Source: Desulfatiglandales bacterium
Lineage (GTDB): Bacteria; Desulfobacterota; DSM-4660; Desulfatiglandales; HGW-15
DNA: 64,000 bases
Direction of reading: 5' to 3'
Assembly: GCA_963667015.2 (NCBI GenBank)
Contig: CAXXJJ010000004.1
Location: forward strand, 3,712,001 to 3,776,000
This document shows, in pieces, positions 37,378 through 46,506 of this stretch. A program made the position numbers and the translations under genes. The notes beneath the pieces are model-generated. The model saw only the letters and a list, made by a program, of their open reading frames with translations. It had not been told where the DNA came from and did no database searches. Position 1 is the first letter of the stretch. Each line of letters begins with the position of its first letter.

Positions 37378-37496
37378 GTTTGTAATTTAACAGTTTAGAT
37401 AATTTTGTGAACCATTTGTGATAAGGCGCTGGCGGATTTATAGCAATCATGTCAATATCATAGTAATGTTTTTGTAAACTTTGTTTTTAAGACAAG

Positions 37497-37715
37497 AGGG
37501 AAGGAGAGTACAATTATTGCCCGCAGTCCCAGTAATTGGATTAAGTATTATCCATACACTGAAGCAGTATTGATAGACTGTAAACTCTCCGGGATTGATC
37601 CTGTCGGATGGGGTAACATTGGAGGCGATGTTTCAAATATCCATTACTGTGAGTATAACAGCAGGAATTTAAAGGATAGAACACCGGTAGATGTAACAAA
37701 ACGGCATCCGGTAGG
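37497..37715 (+). pseudogene. Fragment resembling a pectinesterase C-terminal region
   Basis: TIIARSP...YPYTEAVLIDCKLSGIDPVGWG...IHYCEYNSRNL...PVDVTKRHP; no start or upstream domain. Confidence 0.5.
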
Positions 37716-38605
37716 CGATTCGTTAAAGAACGAACCAACGCTTCGTCGCGACTAATTACAAATCTCTGGCAATGGTTTGCGAGGGCCAAATTTAACTGAC
37801 GTATCTTTTTTTCTCCTGCCACCATGTGGTACAGCGCCCCAATATTCCCATGAATCGCTAAGAGGCACGATTCCGTCAGTGGGAATAGTATTAAAGCATC
37901 AGTATTACCGAATCCTATCCCCCATAAATTTCTCTCTCGTGGAGCTACGGTGGTTAGTAGAACGGGGGCATCTGTGGTAATGAAGGATTTCTTTTCGGTT
38001 TCCCGATGAATGATTGACCAATCACGTCCAGCTAAGATTGGAGCGACATTGAAAGCCATCTTTATTGCCATCCCGACTGCCCAAGTATGCTTTGTATTTA
38101 TCTCATATTGCCCATTTTTAACAAAATTTACAAGCTCTTGCGCCTCTGTATTCAATTCCTCTTCAGTTGTATTCGCGTTAGATTTGCTGCGCATTCGTGC
38201 CTTAACGTCCTCTATATCTCCAAACATTTGATCACACATGTCTCTAATCAGAGAGGAGTTGAAAGCCTTAAGTGAATCAACAATGTCTGGAGTCCGGAAG
38301 GCAGCAAAGGCCACAAATATTGCAAAGTCAGTACGCTCGTCTACATTGATTTTTTCCCTCCCGGCTAGTTTCTTGATGACATTACTAGCTTTAGTTTCAT
38401 AATCGGAAAGAAGTTGCTCTAACTCGAAGCGTCGATTGCCTTCTGAGTCCTCCATTGTATAAAAGTGACCAATGACGCAAGTATTCACTGGCTGCTGAAC
38501 TCGTATCTCATTCAATTCCCGGTCGAACACTGCAACCATTCCACTTTTAGTGAACCCTTCGAGATAGAACTGTTGCAGATAGTGTTGTCTCTTGGGTCTA
38601 TTCAT
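37541..38605 (-). CDS. DUF4238-domain protein with a foreign C-terminal tail
   Basis: KRQHYLQQFYLEGF, RTP, FITTDAPV, FPLT; after about RSLT the frame reads the antisense of the pectinesterase-like fragment. Confidence 0.8.
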   Translation of the reverse strand: MNRPKRQHYLQQFYLEGFTKSGMVAVFDRELNEIRVQQPVNTCVIGHFYTMEDSEGNRRFELEQLLSDYETKASNVIKKLAGREKINVDERTDFAIFVAFAAFRTPDIVDSLKAFNSSLIRDMCDQMFGDIEDVKARMRSKSNANTTEEELNTEAQELVNFVKNGQYEINTKHTWAVGMAIKMAFNVAPILAGRDWSIIHRETEKKSFITTDAPVLLTTVAPRERNLWGIGFGNTDALILFPLTESCLLAIHGNIGALYHMVAGEKKIRQLNLALANHCQRFVISRDEALVRSLTNRLPDAVLLHLPVFYPLNSCCYTHSNGYLKHRLQCYPIRQDQSRRVYSLSILLQCMDNT

Positions 38606-38869
38606 AATCGGTTTTCCAACATATTTCTCTGTCAGAGTCTGTTTATTGTTTGCATCAGGTCGTCAATGAGGTTGTCGAAAACCCCCGGAAAAAATATTTG
38701 TAAATTACGACTTTAAAAAATGGCTTTCATGATGATTCTTGAATTTTAATATTAGTCGGAAATTTTAAAATCTCTGATTGCCAATATGAAAAACCTTTCT
38801 GCGCTTCATTTGCATCTTTCCCTATGGCACCGCAACTTATTGTCCAATTGTGCTGGATGCCCTGATATG

Positions 38870-39450
38870 TTAACCATTGCAACTGAATATATTTTTGAAT
38901 ATAGCTGATAACTGATCGGTCATTTCAGAAATGGTTAGACCTTCAGCCATACTCTGGTATAAAGTCGTTTGTGGAATATTTTTAGCACTTGTATATTCCT
39001 GGACTATAACTGCACATTCAGCATATGGTGTACCAGAAGGAGCTATAAATTTAATTCTAGAGTTACCAGTAGATGTAGGCTGCTGAACCAATAGATTGGA
39101 AGGACGACTGTAAAAGGACGTGGAGAATTTATGACATTTACTGCCTGTTCGAAACCATGATTATTATTAAACACATCTTGAAGAGTTTGAAGTGTACTAA
39201 AAACAAATATTAAAATCCATATGGTGATGACAACATAATTGGCTATTTTTATATATTTATTAGCTTTTTTTATATTGTAAATGATGAGCAGAACGATTGG
39301 AATAATTGAAATACCTATGAAATTACCTATCCATAAAGGTATTAATTCATTCAATGGGGATAAAGGGGCAATACCAGCATAATATTTTCTAATAATAAAT
39401 AGAGGTATAGCGATAACCAAATATATAATAAATAGTATATTAGGACTCAT
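38870..39450 (-). pseudogene. Membrane protein (3 TM plus soluble domain), probably frameshifted near 39090
   Basis: ORFs 39043-39450 and 38870-39091 overlap; adding one G at TATTGGTTCAG gives continuous LPIYW-VQQPTS. Confidence 0.5.
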
Positions 39451-39685
39451 GAAGGCTCTTCCCTTCGTTCAACTCGCTACGTCATTTATGACCAGTCATT
39501 CAACAGATCTGTATATTTTTACAAAGTGAATGCTATACAGAAAGATAGTTATATAAAAAATAAGACAAGTAAACATTTCTTTCCATAATCTTAAGTTATG
39601 CAGAAATACAGACTTCTTAGTATTAGATAAATGTCACAAGAAATCAAAACATTCTTCTCAGATTGGTAAGATCAAGTACCAGTTT

Positions 39686-40822
39686 TTACAACTGGTCAAC
39701 AACAGTGTGCCTTGTATCACGACGGGTCTTTGACAATAAATTCATCCCTGTCTCCGGATCAAAAAAATGGGCACGTTCCATATCAAAACAGAGGTTGATG
39801 GAATCCCCTTCCATGGCGGTTGTTCTTAAATCCAGCTTTGCCTTTATAGACTGTCTTCCAATGGCAGCTTCTATCTCTTTTTCAAATCCGAGAGGTTCAA
39901 CAATATCAACCATCAGATCTTGAATTTTTGAAAGAGATGACCCAGGTTCTGCATTCTTTTCATCAATAAAAAACTCCGGCCTGATTCCCAATTTGATTTC
40001 CCTCCCCGATTCTGAATCTGATACATTCTTCATTTTATTAGAAAGAGATATTCTTTGTCCTTCAAGGTCAATATGTTGAGGAAAAAGCCTTGCATCCAGG
40101 ATATTCATAGCGGGTGCTCCAATAAATGTAGCCACAAAGATATTAACAGGTTCAAGATATATCGCCATAGGACTGCCCTGCTGCTCTATGCAGCCGTCTC
40201 TCATAACAACAACTCTGTCTCCAAGGGTCATGGCTTCTACCTGATCGTGGGTGACATAAATACTTGTGGTTTTATACTCACGGTGTATTCTCCTGATTTC
40301 AACGCGCATCCTGTTTCTCAGCTTGGCATCGAGGTTGCTTAAGGGCTCATCAAAGAGAAACAGGTTTGCATCCCTTACAATCACCCTGCCCATTGCAACA
40401 CGCTGCCTCTGACCGCCCGAAAGCTGTGCAGGCTTTCTGTCAAGCAGTTCTTCCAGCTCAAGTATCTTTGAAGCCTTTTTCAGTCTTTCCTCTATGATAT
40501 CCCCTGACACCCTGGCCCGCTTAAGCCCGAATATGATATTTTCTCTCACGTTTTTATGCGGGTAAAGGGCGTAGTTCTGGAATACCATTGCAATGTTACG
40601 ATGATGAGGTTCGATCATGTTAACAACCCTGTCATCAATTATAACTTCTCCTTCAGTAACATCCTCAAGCCCTGCAACAAGTCTTAAGGTAGTGCTCTTG
40701 CCGCAGCCGGACGGCCCCACAAGAACAACAAACTCGCCCTCTCCTATTTCAAGGTTAATGTTATGCAGGACATCGACGTTATTGAAGGATTTAAAAATGT
40801 TTTTCAGTTTAACAGTGGACAT
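39686..40822 (-). CDS. Sugar ABC transporter ATP-binding protein (MalK/UgpC family)
   Basis: GPSGCGKST, VFQNYALYPH, LSGGQRQR, DEPLSNLD. Confidence 0.96.
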   Translation of the reverse strand: MSTVKLKNIFKSFNNVDVLHNINLEIGEGEFVVLVGPSGCGKSTTLRLVAGLEDVTEGEVIIDDRVVNMIEPHHRNIAMVFQNYALYPHKNVRENIIFGLKRARVSGDIIEERLKKASKILELEELLDRKPAQLSGGQRQRVAMGRVIVRDANLFLFDEPLSNLDAKLRNRMRVEIRRIHREYKTTSIYVTHDQVEAMTLGDRVVVMRDGCIEQQGSPMAIYLEPVNIFVATFIGAPAMNILDARLFPQHIDLEGQRISLSNKMKNVSDSESGREIKLGIRPEFFIDEKNAEPGSSLSKIQDLMVDIVEPLGFEKEIEAAIGRQSIKAKLDLRTTAMEGDSINLCFDMERAHFFDPETGMNLLSKTRRDTRHTVVDQL

Positions 40823-40845
40823 GGGTTCCTGTAAATAAATGAACT

Positions 40846-40918
40846 GGTTTACGGTATAAGGTATACGGTTTGAGGAAAGGCTTTATGCCGTAGACCTTAC
40901 ACCGCAAACCTTACACCG
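40846..40918. repeat. Inverted heptamer-unit repeat
   Basis: GGTTTAC GGTATAA GGTATAC GGTTTGA ... CCGTAGA CCTTACA CCGCAAA CCTTACA CCG. Confidence 0.65.
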
Positions 40919-40923
40919 TGCCT

Positions 40924-41886
40924 TTATTCTTTCACCCCTCCCTCAACAAGGCTTCCTGTCAAATGTCTCATGGCAAACATAAAACATATTACCACCGGCA
41001 CCAGCGTGAGCATTGAGGCAGACATTATTCTGTCCCATATGGCGTTCTTGGATACAAACAGGGACTGCAGACCAAGGGGGAGTGTATAAAAATCCGGGAA
41101 CTGCTTTAAAAAGACCGAGGCGAATAAAAACTCGTTCCATGCAATAATAAAGCAATATATAAAAACCGTTATCATCATCGGAACAGACAACGGCAGGATT
41201 ATGCGGAATATGGACCCAATCCTTGAACATCCGTCCATTGCAGCGGCCTCCTCAAGGGAATATGGAATCGTCCTGAAGTAGTTACCGAGCATGTAAAGAG
41301 AAACAGGCAGGGTCTGAATGATATAGATCATTAAAAGACTCAGGATGGATCCCCATACTGATGCTGCAAGACCAATCTTCACACTCATCTGATAAAGGGG
41401 GACTAAAAGCAGGACTCCGCCGACCATATAAACAAAGAGAACTCCCCGCTGGATCAACTTTCGGCCCCTGTACCTCAGACGGCTGAATGAATAGGCTCCG
41501 AATACTGCCAGGAACAATGATATTGCAGCAGCTCCGGCTGAGAGGAGAAAGGAATTGATGAAATACCTGATAAAAGGGAATAGGTCCCCGGTTGACCGGT
41601 ACCTCTCCAGGATTTTCTGCTTCTGCTCCTCCTTAATCAATGGGTTTTCAAGAAGGCGTTTTATACTCTCAGGCACCTGCACTTCTTCTTTATCTGAAAG
41701 TCCCAGCAGTTCCCTGTATGCATCGATGTTGATTTTTTCAGGTATCAGTGACGGATTCCCCCAGTCAAACTGGTATTTCAGGGAGGTTGAAAGTATCTGT
41801 ATAAAGGGAAAAAGGCAAAAGATCAGCAGCAGGGCAACCGCAGCTGCCAGCATTATATTCTGTATTATGGATCTTTTTCCCGGCAT
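40924..41886 (-). CDS. Carbohydrate ABC permease (MalG/YcjP-like)
   Basis: EEAAAMDG loop, AWNEFLFA, GGVK. Confidence 0.93.
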   Translation of the reverse strand: MPGKRSIIQNIMLAAAVALLLIFCLFPFIQILSTSLKYQFDWGNPSLIPEKINIDAYRELLGLSDKEEVQVPESIKRLLENPLIKEEQKQKILERYRSTGDLFPFIRYFINSFLLSAGAAAISLFLAVFGAYSFSRLRYRGRKLIQRGVLFVYMVGGVLLLVPLYQMSVKIGLAASVWGSILSLLMIYIIQTLPVSLYMLGNYFRTIPYSLEEAAAMDGCSRIGSIFRIILPLSVPMMITVFIYCFIIAWNEFLFASVFLKQFPDFYTLPLGLQSLFVSKNAIWDRIMSASMLTLVPVVICFMFAMRHLTGSLVEGGVKE

Positions 41887-41892
41887 GTCACA

Positions 41893-42759
41893 TCACCACT
41901 TTAGTATTTTCTTTACATAAAAAAGAATAAAGATTGATAGAATAATAAACTGAACAACAGATATTGCTGCGGCAAATCCCTGATCCACAATACCGGTAAA
42001 GGCCGTATAATAAGTGAAAACAGGCAGCGTCTTTACATTTGGAGCCAGCAGGAATACCTCTTCAAATTTATTCAGATTCCATATCAGTCTTAATATTACC
42101 AGTGTCCCGAGCACAAAATATATCTCGGGAAGCGTGACATGGAAGAACCGTGCTACAGGCCCGCACCCGTCCATGGCTGCAGCCTCATACTGATCCCTGT
42201 TGATTGACTGAAGCTTAGAAATTATCAAAAGATATGAAATAGGAAAGTTTTTCCAGATACTGAAAAGTATGACAATAAAAAGGGCACTGCCGGGATTACC
42301 AATCAGGTTATACCTGTTGTCTGTCAATCCGAGAGTTTCTACAGCAATGTGATTATATATACCGTTTACAGGGTCAAAAAAGAACTGCCACCCGAAAACA
42401 ACGGAAATAACCGGGGCAAAATAGGGTAAAAGGATTATGGCCCTTACTATATTACGAAACGGAAATTTCAGATTCATTATAAGGGCAACGGCAAGCCCCA
42501 GTATTGTTGTCCCGGCTATTGACCCGACAAGGTAAATAATCGTCGTATAAAGTGAACTGTAAAAACCCGTTTCACGCAACAGCCTTTCATAATTGGCCAA
42601 CCCGACAAATATGTTTTCACCGGCCAGCTTAACATCAAAAAAACTGAGATAAAGGTTGTAGAGAATCGGATAAAGTATAAGGATACCGATAACACCGATA
42701 CTCGGGGCAATCAGCTTCCAGCCAAGCCGGGATTCTTTTTGTGAGAGCGAAAGATACAA
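41893..42759 (-). CDS. Carbohydrate ABC permease (MalF/YcjO-like)
   Basis: FVGLANY, YEAAAMDG, HVTLP. Confidence 0.93.
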   Translation of the reverse strand: MYLSLSQKESRLGWKLIAPSIGVIGILILYPILYNLYLSFFDVKLAGENIFVGLANYERLLRETGFYSSLYTTIIYLVGSIAGTTILGLAVALIMNLKFPFRNIVRAIILLPYFAPVISVVFGWQFFFDPVNGIYNHIAVETLGLTDNRYNLIGNPGSALFIVILFSIWKNFPISYLLIISKLQSINRDQYEAAAMDGCGPVARFFHVTLPEIYFVLGTLVILRLIWNLNKFEEVFLLAPNVKTLPVFTYYTAFTGIVDQGFAAAISVVQFIILSIFILFYVKKILKW

Positions 42760-42783
42760 AGGATTAATCCTTAAAACCAGTTA

Positions 42784-42866
42784 GTAGGGGCACGGCGAGC
42801 CGTGCCCTTGTTTTACGCCGATACCCGCAGCGACATTCGTGCGGGCACGGTGCGCCGTGCCCCTAC
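42784..42866. repeat. GTAG-type REP doublet
   Basis: GTAGGGGCACGGCGAGCCGTGCCC ... GGGCACGGTGCGCCGTGCCCCTAC in inverted orientation. Confidence 0.85.
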
Positions 42867-42937
42867 AAAACTTCGCATAGAAATGTGCAGATGCCGGGGC
42901 AAAACCAATCGCTACAATCATTTGCTATATCATCATT

Positions 42938-44287
42938 TTACTGCAACGCCTTCCTCATCTCTCCCTCCGCCCAATCAATTGCATCTTCAGGAGATTTGCC
43001 TTCAATTATCACCGAGTAAATCATCCGGGGTATAATCATCTTTGAATAAATTTTGCCGGATTCCGGAATGGATCTTCCATTTACTGATGTAAAACTCCCG
43101 ATGGAGTCAAGGCCTTCTATAACCTTTTTCACCTTTTCACGGCCATACTTTTTAAAAATACCCCTGGGATCATTCAGATATTCGGGCATAGCGGCAATGT
43201 CCCTGAGTACAGGGTTCATTCCACCGGGAGCCATATGAAGAAAGGTAATATAACTGAAGGGCTCATACATGAACTCAACCAGTTTTTTAACGGCATTTTT
43301 ATCATTTTCAGATTGTTTTTTAATAATGCCAAGGGCCACGATAGAACCGTAACCTGCCGGCACCTTTTTTTTAATTATTGATACAACACCGGTATTATTT
43401 ACAAGCTCTGGATCAAAAGAGCTACCCTTTAGATCTGAAAAATTCTCACCGGTAAGGGAGCCCGCAGCAATCTCTGCAAGGGCCAGGTCATCCATAATAT
43501 ATGTAGAATAGAAGAACATTGCCATTCGGCCCTGAAGGTAATAGTCCCTGGCCCGCCACGACTGTGGTCCGGGAGGATTAAACTCTGCAAGCTCTTTATA
43601 AAATTTAAGGGTCTCCAGGGTTACAGGAGAGTTGAATGCCAGCTTTCCATTTTCATCAAATTCCCTTACCCCGTTTGACAATGCAAAATGGGTAAAGCAC
43701 TGCTCTGTATAGACATCCTGTTTTGTTCCAACCAGTATACCGTATTGATTATCTTTCGGTTTATGGAGCGCCTTTGCAGCCTTTAAAATGTTTTCCCAGG
43801 TGTCAGGAGGATTCAGGCCTTTCTCTTTAAACCAGTCCTTTCTATACCATATACCCTGAACCCAGCCGTAATATGGCAGGCCGTAATATTTTCCCTGCTC
43901 AGGGGCAGAAAGCATTTTGAGCGCGCCTTTGAAAAATCGTTTTTCACCTATCTGTTTTATTATCCGAGAGCCAAGAGAATCATCCAGTATTCCCTCTTCA
44001 CCAAAGGCAATGGTCAACTCGCTTCCCGCCTCAATAATATGGGGAAGGGTTCCTGCTGCCGCGGCCGCAGCTATCTGGGAGGGCAGATCATTTTCATCAA
44101 CCGGAATCAGTTTAACTGTTATGTCGGGATTTAAGGCCTGGAACGTGTCCATTAAAAGCTGAATGGTCTTTACGCGATCAGACTGTGTTTCGGTTGTCCA
44201 GAACTCCAGTGTTGAGGCATTTAAAATATTGGCAGAAAACAGGAAAAACAGGAAAAGGACAACAGCATATATCTTTTTTTTCATCAT
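42938..44287 (-). CDS. Carbohydrate ABC substrate-binding protein (YcjN-like)
   Basis: Signal peptide MMKKKIYAVVLFL...NA; QGIWYRKDWF, PDTWE; RBS GAGGGGAG. Confidence 0.9.
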   Translation of the reverse strand: MMKKKIYAVVLFLFFLFSANILNASTLEFWTTETQSDRVKTIQLLMDTFQALNPDITVKLIPVDENDLPSQIAAAAAAGTLPHIIEAGSELTIAFGEEGILDDSLGSRIIKQIGEKRFFKGALKMLSAPEQGKYYGLPYYGWVQGIWYRKDWFKEKGLNPPDTWENILKAAKALHKPKDNQYGILVGTKQDVYTEQCFTHFALSNGVREFDENGKLAFNSPVTLETLKFYKELAEFNPPGPQSWRARDYYLQGRMAMFFYSTYIMDDLALAEIAAGSLTGENFSDLKGSSFDPELVNNTGVVSIIKKKVPAGYGSIVALGIIKKQSENDKNAVKKLVEFMYEPFSYITFLHMAPGGMNPVLRDIAAMPEYLNDPRGIFKKYGREKVKKVIEGLDSIGSFTSVNGRSIPESGKIYSKMIIPRMIYSVIIEGKSPEDAIDWAEGEMRKALQ

Positions 44288-44498
44288 ACTCCCCTCAGGT
44301 TTTTGTATGAAAGTGCATAGGATTATAGTTTGATTGTGCTTTTCAGTCAAGGAAGGTGGTAAGAAGACCTTCCAAGTATATAATAATTCCTTGACAGGTA
44401 TTGCAGTCCCTCATAAACTTCTCTTCCGAAATAAAAATTCTCATCACCGATTTTACAAAGCGGCCAATATAAATTCTATTGCTTTCCGGAGGTTTAAA

Positions 44499-44780
44499 AT
44501 GACTGAAACATCCATTCAAAATATTCAGGAACAAACCTGTAGACGACATCCGACCCTTTCCTTTTCTGTATCACTGGTTTGCTGTGTTATGATGCTGACC
44601 GGATGTGTGCATGTACCACCCCAGCAGCAGCGACTGGTATCCAAACCCAACATGCAGTTCTCAGGCTCAGCAATATTCAGCTATCAGGATAAGCTGCTCA
44701 CACAATTTGAATCCGGCTCTGCATCATTTACCGGCGGCCAGTCCGGTGGATGCGGTTCCTGTGAAGGAGGAGGACAATGA
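44499..44780 (+). CDS. DUF4266-like lipoprotein
   Basis: Lipobox LTGC, VPPQQQRLVSKPNMQF, C-terminal GGCGSC; RBS GGAGG. Confidence 0.75.
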   Translation: MTETSIQNIQEQTCRRHPTLSFSVSLVCCVMMLTGCVHVPPQQQRLVSKPNMQFSGSAIFSYQDKLLTQFESGSASFTGGQSGGCGSCEGGGQ

Positions 44781-46402
44781 CAAGGTCCGGACACCTCACA
44801 GTGATACTGGTTCTGGCATTTTTTCTTCTTGTGCCGGGAATGGCCCGTTCAGAAGAAAAGGCCCCGTCCTTTAATCTGCCCCAATGGGGAACGGAAAAAC
44901 GGTTCAGCCTGGAAGATTTCAGGGGACAAATTGTTGTCCTTGATTTTTTCAGCGCAAGTTGCGGGATCTGTTTTCGTGCCTCATGGGAAATCGGGATCGA
45001 TATCCAGGCCTTCTATGAGGCCCGTTCCGGTAACTCCCACGGTATCCCGGTAAAGGTTGTAGCGGTTAACAGCGATATTGCCAGCCAGGATGACATGAAG
45101 GCATTCATTGAAGAAACCGAACTTGACCTGGTGCTGAATGACAGCAAGGGTGCCCTGCTCGAAGACTATGGAGGCTCAACGCTGCCTTACCTGGTAGTGA
45201 TAGATGCTGCCGGCACAGAAGAGTCCCCTGCACCACGCGTAGTATATAAAGAGGGTATTTATGAGGGCGTGGAGGGCCTGCGCAGGGCCATTGATGCCAT
45301 CTCCGGTAAGTCACGCCCGGCAGGTTCCGGGTTAAATACGCTGACCGGTAAAATGCAGGAGACGGATCAGCATATTATACACGAAGCCTCACTTGACAAT
45401 GCCACCCTGAATGCGTCGGATCTCTTCGTTACGGACACGCAGCTTAAATACCGTCAGGAACGCCCCACAGAGGAATTCTCGTTTGCCCTTTCCTATCGCC
45501 GTATTGACATGGATTATTCTTCCAGGGTTTATGGAGTCAGTAGGGGAAAAACGATTACTGCTGACCATATCAGCCTTCAGGGCAGTGCCAGTTTAGACCT
45601 GAATAAGACCCTGACATATACCGCCGGAGGAGGTTTCTATGACGGATTTCAGACCTACCGTGCACTATGGCTGGATCAGTATTACCGACATGCCTTTGAC
45701 GTCCTTAACGAGCTGACTGAAAATATTGAGGGATATGAAAAGGCCGATCCCCGGGGATATAACATATCGAACAGCCTGCGTTGGGAATATCTGCCCGATA
45801 CCGGATTTGCAGAGGCGAGCATTTCCTACCAGCATGATATTGTCTCTCCCGGTTACGATATGGGAGTAGAAATAGTCCGGCTGAGGGATACCTACGACAC
45901 GATCAGCAGCCGTATAGCATCTGAAAACATACTCACACCGAGAGTGCGCACCCTCGCGGAGCTCCGGGTTGATAATACAACAGACCGGGATGTGCGTTTT
46001 ACAATTCAGGGATCACTCAATTATGCTATTGATGATCACTGGGTATTACGCCTGACTGCGGGAGGGGCTAAGGAGGCACCGAACTTTACATCCAAATCCG
46101 TCAGTGCCCTGCTTGAGTATGACTGGCACGACACCTGGTTCATGAGTCTTTTCGGACGTTATTATGAGGATTCGAGCGAAATAGGAAATGCCATTGTATG
46201 GAACGCCGCAGCACCTCCTCTCGAAACATACCAGGCTGGATTGGGACTGCGTCGACAGGGTCATTATACCTCTTTCAGGTTCGTAATGGGCCCGTGCTTC
46301 AGCAGGTATGACAGGCGCGCGGATCGGGACACAGCATTTGATCAGCTCTACAGTGATCGCGACTGGCTTTCGGTACAGGCTGTTTTTGTGCACCGGTTCT
46401 AA
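44777..46402 (+). CDS. TlpA-like thioredoxin domain fused to an outer-membrane beta-barrel (DUF3570-like)
   Basis: APSFNL, RGQIVVLDFFSASCGIC, LPY; C-terminal beta-strand-rich region ending in Phe. Confidence 0.7.
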   Translation: MTRSGHLTVILVLAFFLLVPGMARSEEKAPSFNLPQWGTEKRFSLEDFRGQIVVLDFFSASCGICFRASWEIGIDIQAFYEARSGNSHGIPVKVVAVNSDIASQDDMKAFIEETELDLVLNDSKGALLEDYGGSTLPYLVVIDAAGTEESPAPRVVYKEGIYEGVEGLRRAIDAISGKSRPAGSGLNTLTGKMQETDQHIIHEASLDNATLNASDLFVTDTQLKYRQERPTEEFSFALSYRRIDMDYSSRVYGVSRGKTITADHISLQGSASLDLNKTLTYTAGGGFYDGFQTYRALWLDQYYRHAFDVLNELTENIEGYEKADPRGYNISNSLRWEYLPDTGFAEASISYQHDIVSPGYDMGVEIVRLRDTYDTISSRIASENILTPRVRTLAELRVDNTTDRDVRFTIQGSLNYAIDDHWVLRLTAGGAKEAPNFTSKSVSALLEYDWHDTWFMSLFGRYYEDSSEIGNAIVWNAAAPPLETYQAGLGLRRQGHYTSFRFVMGPCFSRYDRRADRDTAFDQLYSDRDWLSVQAVFVHRF

Positions 46403-46506
46403 AACCCTCTTAAGGCTGGTGCAGCCTGATTGATAGATCATCAGTGTTATGATAACTGTACTTTAAACATTTAATAAAGGCTTAAAAGATTTATGAAAAG
46501 GCCCAA

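Noticed and set aside
38668..38870. Possible IS end remnant (GAGGTTGTCGAAAA)
   Set aside because: No partner inverted repeat or transposase fragment could be identified.
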